This document shows positions 34,637 through 44,303 of a stretch of 64,000 bases of DNA, one piece after another (within the stretch, counting starts at the first letter, position 1; every line of letters starts with the position of its first letter). A model generated the notes under the pieces. That model searched no databases, was not told the DNA's origin, and saw only the letters and a list, made by a program, of their open reading frames with translations. Origin of the DNA: an uncultured delta proteobacterium (GTDB lineage Bacteria > Desulfobacterota > Desulfobulbia > Desulfobulbales > Desulfocapsaceae); NCBI GenBank assembly GCA_963776075.1, contig CAVZLG010000010.1, positions 104,500 through 168,499 of the forward strand. The letters run 5' to 3'. The translations under genes and the position numbers were made by a program.

Positions 34637-35576
34637 AAAAGTTTTGTTATTTTTTCTTTTCTTCTCTGTATCAATGACAGCAACGGCCCTGGCAGAAACC
34701 AAGATGACCGTTCTGCTCGACTGGTTTTTAAACCCCGATCATGCTCCGCTTATAGTGGCCAAGGAGAAGGGCTACTTTAAAGAACAGGGACTTGACGTCA
34801 CCTTTATTGCTCCTGCCAACCCGAATGACCCGCCCAAAATCGTGGCCGCAGGGAAAGCTGACATAGCGGTGTCTTACCAGCACCAGCACCAGATGCAGGT
34901 AGACCAGGGGTTGCCGCTGGTCAGAATAGCCACTGTCGTGGCAACACCACTGAATTCCCTCGTGGTTCTGGCCGACAGCGATATTAAGACCATAGCGGAT
35001 CTCAAGGGCAAGACCATCGGTTACTCCGTCGGGGGCTTTGAAACAGTACTTCTCAAGGTGATGCTCGGAAAAGCGGGGTTACAGCTCTCAGATGTCACGC
35101 TGGTCAATGTGAACTTCTCACTTTCACCATCATTATTTGCCGGCAAGACCGATGCCGTTATTGGGGCGTTTCGAAACTTTGAACTCAACCAGATGGATAT
35201 CGAAAAACGTCCGGGCAGGGCCTTTTATGTCGAAGAATATGGCATCCCGTCATACGACGAGCTGATCCTGGTAGCCAACAAGGACCGGCTTGATGATAAA
35301 AATCTGCGTAAGTTTGTTAATGCACTGGAAGCTGGCGTCCAGTTTCTGCTGAATCATCCTGAAGAAAGCTGGGACCTTTTTGTGAAGGGCGAACGGGCGG
35401 AATTAAACGATGAACTGAACAAACGGGCATGGAGTGATACACTGCCGCGATTTGCCCTCAGGCCCGGCGCACTCGACAAGAACCGCTATAATCGGTTTGC
35501 CCAATTTCTTCTTGAACAGGAGATGGTCAAGTCAGTCCCCCCCCTTGAAAGCTGGGCCGTGGAACTCCCATATTGA
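34620..35576 (+). CDS. NMT1/THI5-like periplasmic substrate-binding protein (ThiY-like pyrimidine precursor binding)
   Basis: Signal peptide, then LDWFLNPDHAPLIVAKEKGYFKEQGLDV. Sits in the TPP-riboswitch operon. Confidence 0.8.
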   Translation: MHVVCKKVLLFFLFFSVSMTATALAETKMTVLLDWFLNPDHAPLIVAKEKGYFKEQGLDVTFIAPANPNDPPKIVAAGKADIAVSYQHQHQMQVDQGLPLVRIATVVATPLNSLVVLADSDIKTIADLKGKTIGYSVGGFETVLLKVMLGKAGLQLSDVTLVNVNFSLSPSLFAGKTDAVIGAFRNFELNQMDIEKRPGRAFYVEEYGIPSYDELILVANKDRLDDKNLRKFVNALEAGVQFLLNHPEESWDLFVKGERAELNDELNKRAWSDTLPRFALRPGALDKNRYNRFAQFLLEQEMVKSVPPLESWAVELPY

Positions 35577-35599
35577 CTGGTTCCGACAGACATAGGTTT

Positions 35600-35630
35600 A
35601 CCTGCCTGCTGAAACAACATGCAGGCAGGT
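35600..35630. terminator. 10-bp stem hairpin between convergent operons
   Basis: ACCTGCCTGC-11 nt-GCAGGCAGGT. Confidence 0.45.
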
Positions 35631-35673
35631 GCAAAGACAGCTTTTCACCTCGGTCGTTAGCTCTGTCTCCTCT

Positions 35674-36318
35674 TCAGGACGTGAACCGCCTGTTTAACTC
35701 TGCTACCTGATCCTCTGTCAAATAGCTCACCGGCCGGTTATGAAGAAGCAAATAGAGCTTGGCTGTATCTTCAAGCTCTTCAGCAGCATAGACTGCCTCA
35801 TCGAGATTTTTACCCGAAACAACCGGGCCATGATTTGCAAGCATTACAGCCCGGTGCATGGCTGCCTTTTCCTCCACAGCCCCTGCAAGGTCACGGTCAC
35901 CTGGTGGAAAATAGGGGATCAGGGGGAGCCTTCCGATTTTCATCACGTAATACCCAGTAATCGGCGGCAAAACATTTTCCGGATCGATATCCGCCAGGCA
36001 GCTGACCGCAACCGAATGAAGTGAATGGAGGTGAACAACAGCTCCCGCCTGCGGCCGCTTTCGGTATATGGCCATATGCAGAAAACTTTCCTTTGTTGGG
36101 GGGTCGCCACTGACAAGGTCCCCATTACCATCGAGAAGGGATATTCGCTCCGGCGCAAGATCCCCAAATGTTGAACCTGTCGGTGTCATCAACCAGCCTT
36201 CACCGAAACGGACGCTCAGGTTGCCGGAAGAACCAGAGGTTAAACCCCGGTCAAAAAGTGATTTTGCTGCTCTGCTGATTTTTTCCCGCAAATCCCTTTC
36301 GCCATTATCCATGCGCAA
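35674..36318 (-). CDS. otnC: class II aldolase/adducin family protein (OtnC/YgbL-like 3-oxo-tetronate 4-phosphate decarboxylase candidate)
   Basis: 214 aa with the aldolase-II His motifs (VVHLHS...). Directly downstream of a YgbK/OtnK-like kinase. Confidence 0.6.
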   Translation of the reverse strand: MRMDNGERDLREKISRAAKSLFDRGLTSGSSGNLSVRFGEGWLMTPTGSTFGDLAPERISLLDGNGDLVSGDPPTKESFLHMAIYRKRPQAGAVVHLHSLHSVAVSCLADIDPENVLPPITGYYVMKIGRLPLIPYFPPGDRDLAGAVEEKAAMHRAVMLANHGPVVSGKNLDEAVYAAEELEDTAKLYLLLHNRPVSYLTEDQVAELNRRFTS

Positions 36319-36332
36319 TTCCTTTCTGTATT

Positions 36333-37601
36333 TTATCCAAGAACCTCAAATGCCTTGGTGAAAAAATCCTCTTTCCCAAAATTACCGGATTTGAGTGCCA
36401 ATGATAAATTTACTGTTCCAATGGTTTTGCACCATGGTACCCCCGGATCGATCTCTTTTCCGATTCGTAAGCCGCTGACACCAAGGCTTTTTACAACCGC
36501 GCCCGAAGTCTCCCCTCCTGCAACAACCAGTCGTTCGACCCCGCGCTTGATAATTTCACCTGCAATCACTCCCATAGCTTCTTCAACGAGAAGACCGGCA
36601 GTATCTCTGCCAAGTTTTTTCTGCACTTCAGCCACGTCAGCAGGGTCTGCAGAGGAATAGACCAGAAATGGTTCATCTACTCCCTGGTTATCGATCCACG
36701 TCAGCACCTGTTCGAGTACCTTCTCCTTTTCTTCATATAAAGCGATAGCATCGAGGCTGAAGCTTGGCCACTTTTCTTTTACAGCTGCGACCTGAGCCCT
36801 GGTCATTGCAGAACAGCTGCCCGATAATATTGCAGCGCGTCCTTTTGCCTGCCACTCATGGCAGCCATCGTCAACCTGTAAATCTCCTGATTTCCTAAAA
36901 TTTTCTGGCAGACCAAGGGCGACACCTGATCCACCGGTAATGAGTTTCAGGTCCTTGGATGCTTCACCGATTGAGTATAGATTACTGTCATTTACAGCAT
37001 CAACGATGGCGAATTTTTTCCCAGAAGAGATGAGTTGATCATATTTTGCCTTTATTGCCTGGGCTCCGGCTTCCACATCCTCAAAAGCGACAAGTCCGAC
37101 CTCGTTATCTGTCTGTTTTCCAAGAAAACGAACCAGGTTTGCATCGGTCATCGGAGTCAGTGGATGATCTTTCATACTCGATTCACTGAGTAACAGGTCT
37201 CCAACAAAAAGATGCCCTTTATAGATCGTTCTGCCATTTGTCGGAAAAGCTGGACAGGCAATAGTAAAAGGATCGCCAAGGTTATCGAGCACGGCCTCTG
37301 CAACTGGCCCGATATTTCCCTGGGCCGTTGAATCAAAGGTTGAGCAGTACTTGAAAAAGAACTGTTTCGTACCCAGTGATTTGAGCCACTCAAGAGCTTC
37401 TATCGATTCCTGAATCGCCTCGTCTGCCGGCGTTGAACGAGATTTAAGGGCGACGATAATAGCAGCTGCATTTCCAGGATCAAAACCTTCGGCAGGAATG
37501 CCAAATGTTTGAATCGTCGGCATACCTGCCATGACAAGTGTATTAGCAAGATCCGTCGCACCCGTAAAATCGTCTGCTATCGCTCCAAGAAGTACTCCCA
37601 T
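36333..37601 (-). CDS. otnK: four-carbon acid sugar kinase family protein (YgbK/OtnK-like)
   Basis: N-terminal LGAIADDFTGATDLAN is the DUF1537/OtnK signature. GGAGG lies upstream of ATG 37601. Confidence 0.7.
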   Translation of the reverse strand: MGVLLGAIADDFTGATDLANTLVMAGMPTIQTFGIPAEGFDPGNAAAIIVALKSRSTPADEAIQESIEALEWLKSLGTKQFFFKYCSTFDSTAQGNIGPVAEAVLDNLGDPFTIACPAFPTNGRTIYKGHLFVGDLLLSESSMKDHPLTPMTDANLVRFLGKQTDNEVGLVAFEDVEAGAQAIKAKYDQLISSGKKFAIVDAVNDSNLYSIGEASKDLKLITGGSGVALGLPENFRKSGDLQVDDGCHEWQAKGRAAILSGSCSAMTRAQVAAVKEKWPSFSLDAIALYEEKEKVLEQVLTWIDNQGVDEPFLVYSSADPADVAEVQKKLGRDTAGLLVEEAMGVIAGEIIKRGVERLVVAGGETSGAVVKSLGVSGLRIGKEIDPGVPWCKTIGTVNLSLALKSGNFGKEDFFTKAFEVLG

Positions 37602-37813
37602 ACTGCCAACCTCCATCCACATTAATGACGTTTTAATTCGTCTGATTCATCATCCTGGCTCCAATTGTCTCGATCAGTATAGTTAATCTTTTTTAAAGTC
37701 AACGACAAGGGTTCACAGAAGTTGAGGGATCAATTTTATTTTTTGAGCTTATGATGATAGGATGATATCATCTATCCAAACGTTATATTTGTGAAATCAA
37801 ATCTGGGATTTTA

Positions 37814-40027
37814 ATGGAAGAGAAGGAACACAAAGAGACACAGGTAAAAAAATTACTCTGGAATATATTCGCAAGCGGTCTCTCCCCCAATACAAACCTT
37901 GATGTTATTCGAATACATTTCCTGCTTAACCTGATCGGGATTTTTGGCGCTCTCTTTCTCAGCTTTTTTACTACGGTAGCTCTTTTACAGGGTGAGCAGA
38001 TTTTAGCTCTTGCCGATTTTACCCTCCTGCTGTTTGTGGCTACACTTGTTTTCAAGCTGAGGAAAAGGAAAAATCCTCATTTCATAGCTCTTTTCGGCAC
38101 GGTTATAACGGGGCATTTTTATCTCTTTCTTATTTTTTACAGCGGGTTGGAAAAACCAACCTACCTGTGGTCCCTCACTTTTCCCCTGATTGCGTTGTAC
38201 CTGCTGGGTAGAAAGTTGGGATCGTTCGTGTCACTTTCACTGCTGGTCACCTCCTGTATATTTTTCTGGGCCTCAACCCACTTCGATATTTTTCAACAGT
38301 ATGAAAACAGGCTCATTATCCGATTCATTGCCGTTTACCTGCTTATCCATTTTTTTGCCTTTGTGGCGGAGATCATCCATGACATGACCCAGACGAGGCT
38401 GGAGGAGTCAAGGTCAAAGCTCTTAGAGGCATTCAATGACATCAAATTGAGCTCATCCAAACTAACCGAGACGAACAAGCAGCTGCTTCTGGAAATCGAT
38501 GAACGAATACAGGTCGAAAAAGCACTGAAACAGAGTGAAAGTTTCCTTGATGACATTATTGAAAGTATTCAGGATGGAATCAGTGTCCTTAACACCGATT
38601 TGACAATCCGGCATACCAACAGCGTCATGAGGCAATGGTATAAGCAGAATCTCCCACTGGTCGGCAAGAAATGTTATGGATGCTTCCATAACTCTGGAGA
38701 ACCATGTGCCCCATGCCCGACGACCAGGTGTATGGAGTCCGGTCGGACTGAACGGGAGATTGTCCCTGGCCTTCCCGGTTCACCGGTAGAATGGCTCGAA
38801 CTATTCAGTTTCCCGATAAAAGATAAGGAAACAGGCAAGATTACCGGCGCAGTCGAATTTGTGCGGGACATCAGTGTCACAATACGTCTGGAACGTCAGC
38901 TTTCCCATTCCCAGAAAATGCAGGCTGTCGGCACGCTCGCCGGTGGTATTGCCCATGATTTTAATAATTTACTAATGGGGATGCTCGGGAGAGCTTCATT
39001 AATGTCGGTACGTCTTCCGCCTTCTGACCCAAATCTCGAACATTTAAAGGCGATAGAAGAGCATATCAGGAGCGCAACAGACCTTACCAAGCAACTACTC
39101 GCGACAGCAAGGGGCGGTAAGTACGATCCAAAGGCGACCAACCTGAACGACCTGGTGGAAGGCAGTTCTTCTATGTTTAGCCGGACTCGAAAAGAAATCC
39201 GCATCAAAACATACCTGAATGCATCACCGGTTATAGCAGAAGTTGATAAACAGCAGCTTGAGCAAGTCCTGCTAAATATGTATGTAAACAGCTGGCAGGC
39301 AATGCCTGATGGCGGAGATCTCTTTATCAAAACGTCTCTTGAAACTATCAACGATACCTTCTATGAGCACTATAAAATTCCGGCAGGGAACTATGCAAAA
39401 ATTTCCATTACCGACACCGGTATAGGAATGGAAGATTCGGTACGCCACCAGATCTTTGATCCTTTTTTTACGACAAAGGAAAAGGAACGGGGAACCGGAT
39501 TAGGTCTTGCTTCGGCATACGGCATCATTAAAAACCATGATGGTTTTATCAATGTTTACAGTGAAGTCGGGCACGGTACGACGTTTAATATTTATCTGCC
39601 AATGTCAGACAAGCAGCCGTTTAAGAATACACCCCAGATTTCCAGAATCGTAAAGGGATCCGAAACTATTCTCCTGGTCGATGATGAAGAGCTCATTCTC
39701 GAGGTTGGCAGAGGTATGCTGTCTGAAATCGGCTATGAGGTACTTACTTCGAAAGGAGGCACCGAGGCAGTCGAGACGATTTCATCAGATGGCCATCGTA
39801 TCAACCTGGTTATACTCGACCTTATCATGCCGGGTATGGATGGCAACACCACATTTGACAGGATAAGAGCGATTACCCCATATATGCCGGTGATTCTCTC
39901 AAGCGGCTATTCGATAAATGATCTGGCGACCGGGATCATGAACAGGGGCTGTAACGGGTTTATTCAAAAACCATTCAACCTGTCAGAACTCTCACAAAAA
40001 ATCAGATCGGTTCTTGATAAAAATTAA
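37814..40027 (+). CDS. hybrid sensor histidine kinase (membrane domain-PAS-HisKA-HATPase-REC)
   Basis: About 6 TM at the N-terminus, PAS with four Cys (CYGCFHNSGEPCAPC), H-box GGIAHDFNNLL, G-boxes DTGIGM / GTGLGL, and a receiver domain LVDDEE...DLIMPGMDG. Confidence 0.9.
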   Translation: MEEKEHKETQVKKLLWNIFASGLSPNTNLDVIRIHFLLNLIGIFGALFLSFFTTVALLQGEQILALADFTLLLFVATLVFKLRKRKNPHFIALFGTVITGHFYLFLIFYSGLEKPTYLWSLTFPLIALYLLGRKLGSFVSLSLLVTSCIFFWASTHFDIFQQYENRLIIRFIAVYLLIHFFAFVAEIIHDMTQTRLEESRSKLLEAFNDIKLSSSKLTETNKQLLLEIDERIQVEKALKQSESFLDDIIESIQDGISVLNTDLTIRHTNSVMRQWYKQNLPLVGKKCYGCFHNSGEPCAPCPTTRCMESGRTEREIVPGLPGSPVEWLELFSFPIKDKETGKITGAVEFVRDISVTIRLERQLSHSQKMQAVGTLAGGIAHDFNNLLMGMLGRASLMSVRLPPSDPNLEHLKAIEEHIRSATDLTKQLLATARGGKYDPKATNLNDLVEGSSSMFSRTRKEIRIKTYLNASPVIAEVDKQQLEQVLLNMYVNSWQAMPDGGDLFIKTSLETINDTFYEHYKIPAGNYAKISITDTGIGMEDSVRHQIFDPFFTTKEKERGTGLGLASAYGIIKNHDGFINVYSEVGHGTTFNIYLPMSDKQPFKNTPQISRIVKGSETILLVDDEELILEVGRGMLSEIGYEVLTSKGGTEAVETISSDGHRINLVILDLIMPGMDGNTTFDRIRAITPYMPVILSSGYSINDLATGIMNRGCNGFIQKPFNLSELSQKIRSVLDKN

Positions 40028-40155
40028 TCAGGGTCTTGGCTTGAGACGTTAAGAGATCTATCATACCTGCGTCGCTGTTGTGATTGCGGCTAAATGTATG
40101 GTAAATCACAAGTCTCCTTGACGAGTAGACTGTCTCAATTCATGAAATATTGCGG

Positions 40156-40863
40156 TTAATCAATTGATTCCTCAAGCCATTTCTCAATGGCCACCGTTGT
40201 CGCTTCTGGTTGTTCAAGAGTGGTCAAATGACCTGCATCTTCTATAATTTCAAGGCGGGAACAGTCGATCAGTTCATGCATGAGCTGATGTTGCTCCAGA
40301 GGACAAAGCCAATCATTCTGCCCGCAGAGGATGAGCGCTGGTACGGTTATTTTTTTTAGCGTTTCCCGCTGGTCCGGGCGGCTTTGAAGGGCTCGAGACT
40401 GCCGTTCAAAAACATCTTTGCCTAATCCGAGCGCCATGGAGAGAAAGGTGTCTGCTATTTTCGCACCGTATTTTCCCTCCAGATGGAGCATTGGAATCAC
40501 CTGCTCGAGCATGAGCTGCTTCAAACGCCCAGTCTGAACCTGTTTGATCTGTTGTTCCCTCACCTTTTTAATATCACCTGACTCGGAAAGTGGAGAAGTA
40601 TCGAGCAGCGCAACATTGATGACCCGATCTGCTGCCTGAGCCAGAATCTCCATGGCCACAATACCGCCCATCGACAGGCCAATGAGCACAAAGCGGGGCG
40701 GAGCATGTTCCAGCACTTCTTTTGCCATTTCCCTGACACAATTCTTGTTGTATACCGAGGCAATATGTACCGGATATCGCCCTGACAAGGATACTATCTG
40801 GTGCTCGTAGAGTCGTGCATCACACATCATACCCGGTATAAAAACAAGCGGTAATGGTGTCAT
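40156..40863 (-). CDS. alpha/beta-fold hydrolase
   Basis: Nucleophile elbow GLSMGG and a C-terminal His (DAGHL). Confidence 0.8.
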   Translation of the reverse strand: MTPLPLVFIPGMMCDARLYEHQIVSLSGRYPVHIASVYNKNCVREMAKEVLEHAPPRFVLIGLSMGGIVAMEILAQAADRVINVALLDTSPLSESGDIKKVREQQIKQVQTGRLKQLMLEQVIPMLHLEGKYGAKIADTFLSMALGLGKDVFERQSRALQSRPDQRETLKKITVPALILCGQNDWLCPLEQHQLMHELIDCSRLEIIEDAGHLTTLEQPEATTVAIEKWLEESID

Positions 40864-41084
40864 GACGTTGCTCCAACAGAACGTTCTTTCAATATGACAT
40901 CAGCAAAATCTACAGCAGCCTGAGATCGAAGGATTGATGCCATGTCTCTCACCCTGGGTTCTGCCATATCTCTGATCTCCTCTGGGTTCTTGCCAGTGCT
41001 GGAGAAACATGTTTCTGTACGCTCGAAGATGTCATCAACCCATCTGTGACAAACAAGCTTTGTGAGCGAATATATTTTCCAAAC

Positions 41085-42161
41085 CTAATCAAGCTTATTC
41101 AGCTCGGCAATCACCTGATCGGTAAAAGAAACAGTTGTAGCCTCTCCGCCAAGATCCGGGGTAAGAACACCACCTGCAGTGACCAGCTCAACCGCTTCCA
41201 TCAGTGCATCACCGGCCTGCTGCTCACCAAGGAAATCGAGCATCATCTGGACGGACCATAGTGTTGCAATCGGGTTTGCTATGCCTTTTCCGGCAATATC
41301 TGGCGCAGAACCATGGACCGGCTCAAACATTGAAGGGTATTGCTTCGAAACATTAATATTGGCAGATGGCGCAATACCAATGCCTCCAGCTATCGCCGGA
41401 CCGAGATCTGAGAGTATATCCCCGAAAAGATTGCTGCCGACAACAACGTCAAACCAATCAGGATGCTGGACAAAATGGGCGGTAAGAATATCAATATGAA
41501 ACTGGTCACACGTTAAATCCGGGTACGCTGCTGAAACTGCTTTAAACCGCTCGTCCCAGAATGGCATGGTAAACCGAATACCATTTGATTTAGTTGCGGA
41601 CGTTATATGTTTTGCAGATCTTTTTTGTGCAAGATCACAGGCAAACTTAAGTATTCGATCGACCCCAGCCCTGGTAAAGACCGTCTCCTGAACAACAACT
41701 TCCCGTTCACTTCCCTCAAAAAGTCGCCCGCCAATTTCTGAATACTCACCCTCCGTATTCTCCCTGACAACCATGAAATCAATCTCACTACTGTCCCTGT
41801 TGGCAAGCGGTGAGGAAATCCCTTTAAGAAGCCTTACTGGCCTCAGGTTGACATATTGATCAAACTGGCGTCGGATCGGTAACAACAGCCCCCAAAGGGA
41901 AACATGATCAGGGACCGTCGGATCCCCAACAGCACCAAGCAAAATTGCATCAAACGACCTAAGCTGATCAATGCCATCTCCAGGCATCATGGCACCATGC
42001 TCAAGGTAGTATTCACACGAGAAAGGGAAGGTTGTATAAGAGACCGTGAAATTAAATTTCGAGGCCAATACATTTAAAGTTCTGACACCTTCCGGTATCA
42101 CCTCTTTGCCTATGCCATCACCTGGTATTAGTGCAATATTAAAGTTCATTATTCGCCTCAT
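41085..42161 (-). CDS. ttuC: tartrate dehydrogenase/decarboxylase (isocitrate/isopropylmalate dehydrogenase family)
   Basis: IPGDGIGKEV...FSCEYYLEHGAMMP...VRENTEGEYS...ATKSNG...NLFGDILSDLGPA..GGIG.APSAN. The start may be ATG 42149. Confidence 0.8.
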   Translation of the reverse strand: MRRIMNFNIALIPGDGIGKEVIPEGVRTLNVLASKFNFTVSYTTFPFSCEYYLEHGAMMPGDGIDQLRSFDAILLGAVGDPTVPDHVSLWGLLLPIRRQFDQYVNLRPVRLLKGISSPLANRDSSEIDFMVVRENTEGEYSEIGGRLFEGSEREVVVQETVFTRAGVDRILKFACDLAQKRSAKHITSATKSNGIRFTMPFWDERFKAVSAAYPDLTCDQFHIDILTAHFVQHPDWFDVVVGSNLFGDILSDLGPAIAGGIGIAPSANINVSKQYPSMFEPVHGSAPDIAGKGIANPIATLWSVQMMLDFLGEQQAGDALMEAVELVTAGGVLTPDLGGEATTVSFTDQVIAELNKLD

Positions 42162-42465
42162 CTAGATTGAAAATTGTTTACTGACGTCCGGTTTTACAGC
42201 ACCTCAGCAGGTGTTTTAACACCACCATTTCGAAATGCCACAAGATAAACGCTGAAAAATTTTTTCTTAGCGCTGCCTGTAGTTATAAACACGTATTAGA
42301 GAGTTACTAATGAAAAGAGCGTCTCGTGGCAACATAACTGCAAGAGAATACATTGGGGGCAAGATACCAGGCAGTTATGGCGGCGGCTCATCAACCAATG
42401 CATCTCTTTCAGCGGGGACACCGGATGTCCCTGCAATGGGTTATATGAATACCGTGCTGGTCCGA

Positions 42466-43743
42466 TCAACTCCCCAGATAAACACGAGGCACTCTCGCCA
42501 TCAATGAGGCAACGACTTCATAATTTATGGTTCCCAGCTGCAGAGCCATCTCGTCAGCTGACAGAACTGCATCGCCCTGCTTGCCGATAATGACGACCTC
42601 ATCACCACCACGAACTCCCTGAATATGGCCAACGTCAATTATGGTCTGATCCATACAGACACGTCCAACTACCGGTGCCCGCTGCCCCCTGACCAGCATC
42701 ACACCTGATGATGAAAACTGACGATTATAGCCATCGGCGTAACCAACAGGTACAGTGGCGAGCCGGGTAGCGCATGGCGTGATATAGGTATGAGCGTAGC
42801 TGACCGTAAAGCCCCGAGAAACATTTTTAACCTGGGCAACGCGTGCTTTTAACTGCATGGCTGGCTGGAGTTCAATCTTATGGGATTTTGTTTCAGCAGA
42901 AGGATACAAGCCATATAACATGATTCCCGGGCGAACGATATCCAAATGGGATTCAGGCAGGTTGATGATAGCACCGCTGTTGGCAGCATGTATCACAGGA
43001 ATCTCTATACCATTTTCCTTGAGCAGGGATACAACCTCTTGAAAAAGGACCAATTGTTTGCGAGCACTTGTTTTATCAATGGTATCGCTCGATGCTAAAT
43101 GGGTATAGGCGCCTTCAATCTCAAGGTTAGCAAGTTGAGATATAGAAGTAGCAGACTTTACAACAGAATCCTTTCCGGTTTCAGAATCATTGTAATCGCC
43201 ATTGAGCTGGGCAGGTACCAACCCGAGTCGCCCCATACCAGTATCAATTTTAAGATGCGTCTTAATACGACCATTGGCTGCACGGGCGTGATCATCCAGT
43301 GAGACGGCATAGGACGTGGAAAAAACTGTCTGCATCAAGTCATTGTCTATGATTTCACGGGCAGCACCTGGCGGGGTGTAGCCGAACACCAGAATTGGTT
43401 GTTGCAGGCCCGATTTTCGCAAAGCAATTCCTTCACAAAGCCTCGCCACCCCAAAAGCATCCACCCCAGTCTCAGAAATTTTATGTGCAATTTTCAAAGC
43501 ACCATGGCCATACGCATCGGCTTTAACCACAGACATGATTTGGGTTCTCGATCCTACCAGCTGCCGGACTGCTTTCAGATTATGTGTGATGGCATTCAGG
43601 TCAATTTCAGCCCAAATGGGGTGATGATCATTAACAGTATTCATATTGCCGGGGTATTTCGATTCACTCAGATTACCTCCTGGAGAAGTGTCTCCGGTCT
43701 TTATTTTATCAGCTAAACTACGTAAGTTTTTAATATTGTCCAT
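42466..43743 (-). CDS. alr: alanine racemase
   Basis: PLP-lysine motif VVKADAYGHG. There is a 33-aa N-terminal extension relative to the internal Met at 43644, so the start is uncertain. Confidence 0.85.
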   Translation of the reverse strand: MDNIKNLRSLADKIKTGDTSPGGNLSESKYPGNMNTVNDHHPIWAEIDLNAITHNLKAVRQLVGSRTQIMSVVKADAYGHGALKIAHKISETGVDAFGVARLCEGIALRKSGLQQPILVFGYTPPGAAREIIDNDLMQTVFSTSYAVSLDDHARAANGRIKTHLKIDTGMGRLGLVPAQLNGDYNDSETGKDSVVKSATSISQLANLEIEGAYTHLASSDTIDKTSARKQLVLFQEVVSLLKENGIEIPVIHAANSGAIINLPESHLDIVRPGIMLYGLYPSAETKSHKIELQPAMQLKARVAQVKNVSRGFTVSYAHTYITPCATRLATVPVGYADGYNRQFSSSGVMLVRGQRAPVVGRVCMDQTIIDVGHIQGVRGGDEVVIIGKQGDAVLSADEMALQLGTINYEVVASLMARVPRVYLGS

Positions 43744-44303
43744 TATTGTATTTTACTGACGCTTCATGATGGGAGGACTTGCCTCCATATTTTAAGCTGC
43801 TAATACATTCTTTCTATCTCCCCTCTTCCGGAGATGCCTTCACAAGAAATTAAGGAAAGAGATAGTCTATCAATCAGCACAGTTCTCGTTCATCCGGGCG
43901 ATTGAAGACAATTCTACTAATTTTAATACAATTTCAAGTTCATACCAGTATTATATTAAAATTGCATGGAACTCCGCCAGGAGGGTATGATTTTTCAAAT
44001 TAATCGTATTTTTACGGAACCACGCTGGCTTACACAACGAATTCAGCGCCAAGTCGATTGCGAGATGAGACAGATACCAACTGCCATCACCAGTATGGGG
44101 CAATAATGGGGACCTTAAATCCTGATCCTCTCTTTTTGGGCTGAGCGTGGACGAAGATGGTGATCGTACATATAGATAAAAAAGAAAAGCATAGAGCCAT
44201 TTAAGATTAAGATTGACAAAACAATTTGGGACACTAATTAAGTAGGGTACCTTAAATCTGTCATGGTTACAGATTCTTAATTTAAAAATGAGGAGATACT
44301 GTT

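Noticed and set aside
41085-41087. TAG read-through (pyrrolysine) extending TtuC into the downstream open frame.
   Set aside because: TtuC is already full length at 358 aa by comparison with known enzymes. No Pyl context such as methylamine methyltransferases is present. The open frame is kept only as a low-interest finding.
43644-43743. The N-terminal 33-residue extension of alanine racemase as a possible targeting or regulatory peptide.
   Set aside because: Neither candidate start has a convincing RBS. The extension is low-complexity and may simply reflect a mis-called start, so there is not enough evidence for a finding.
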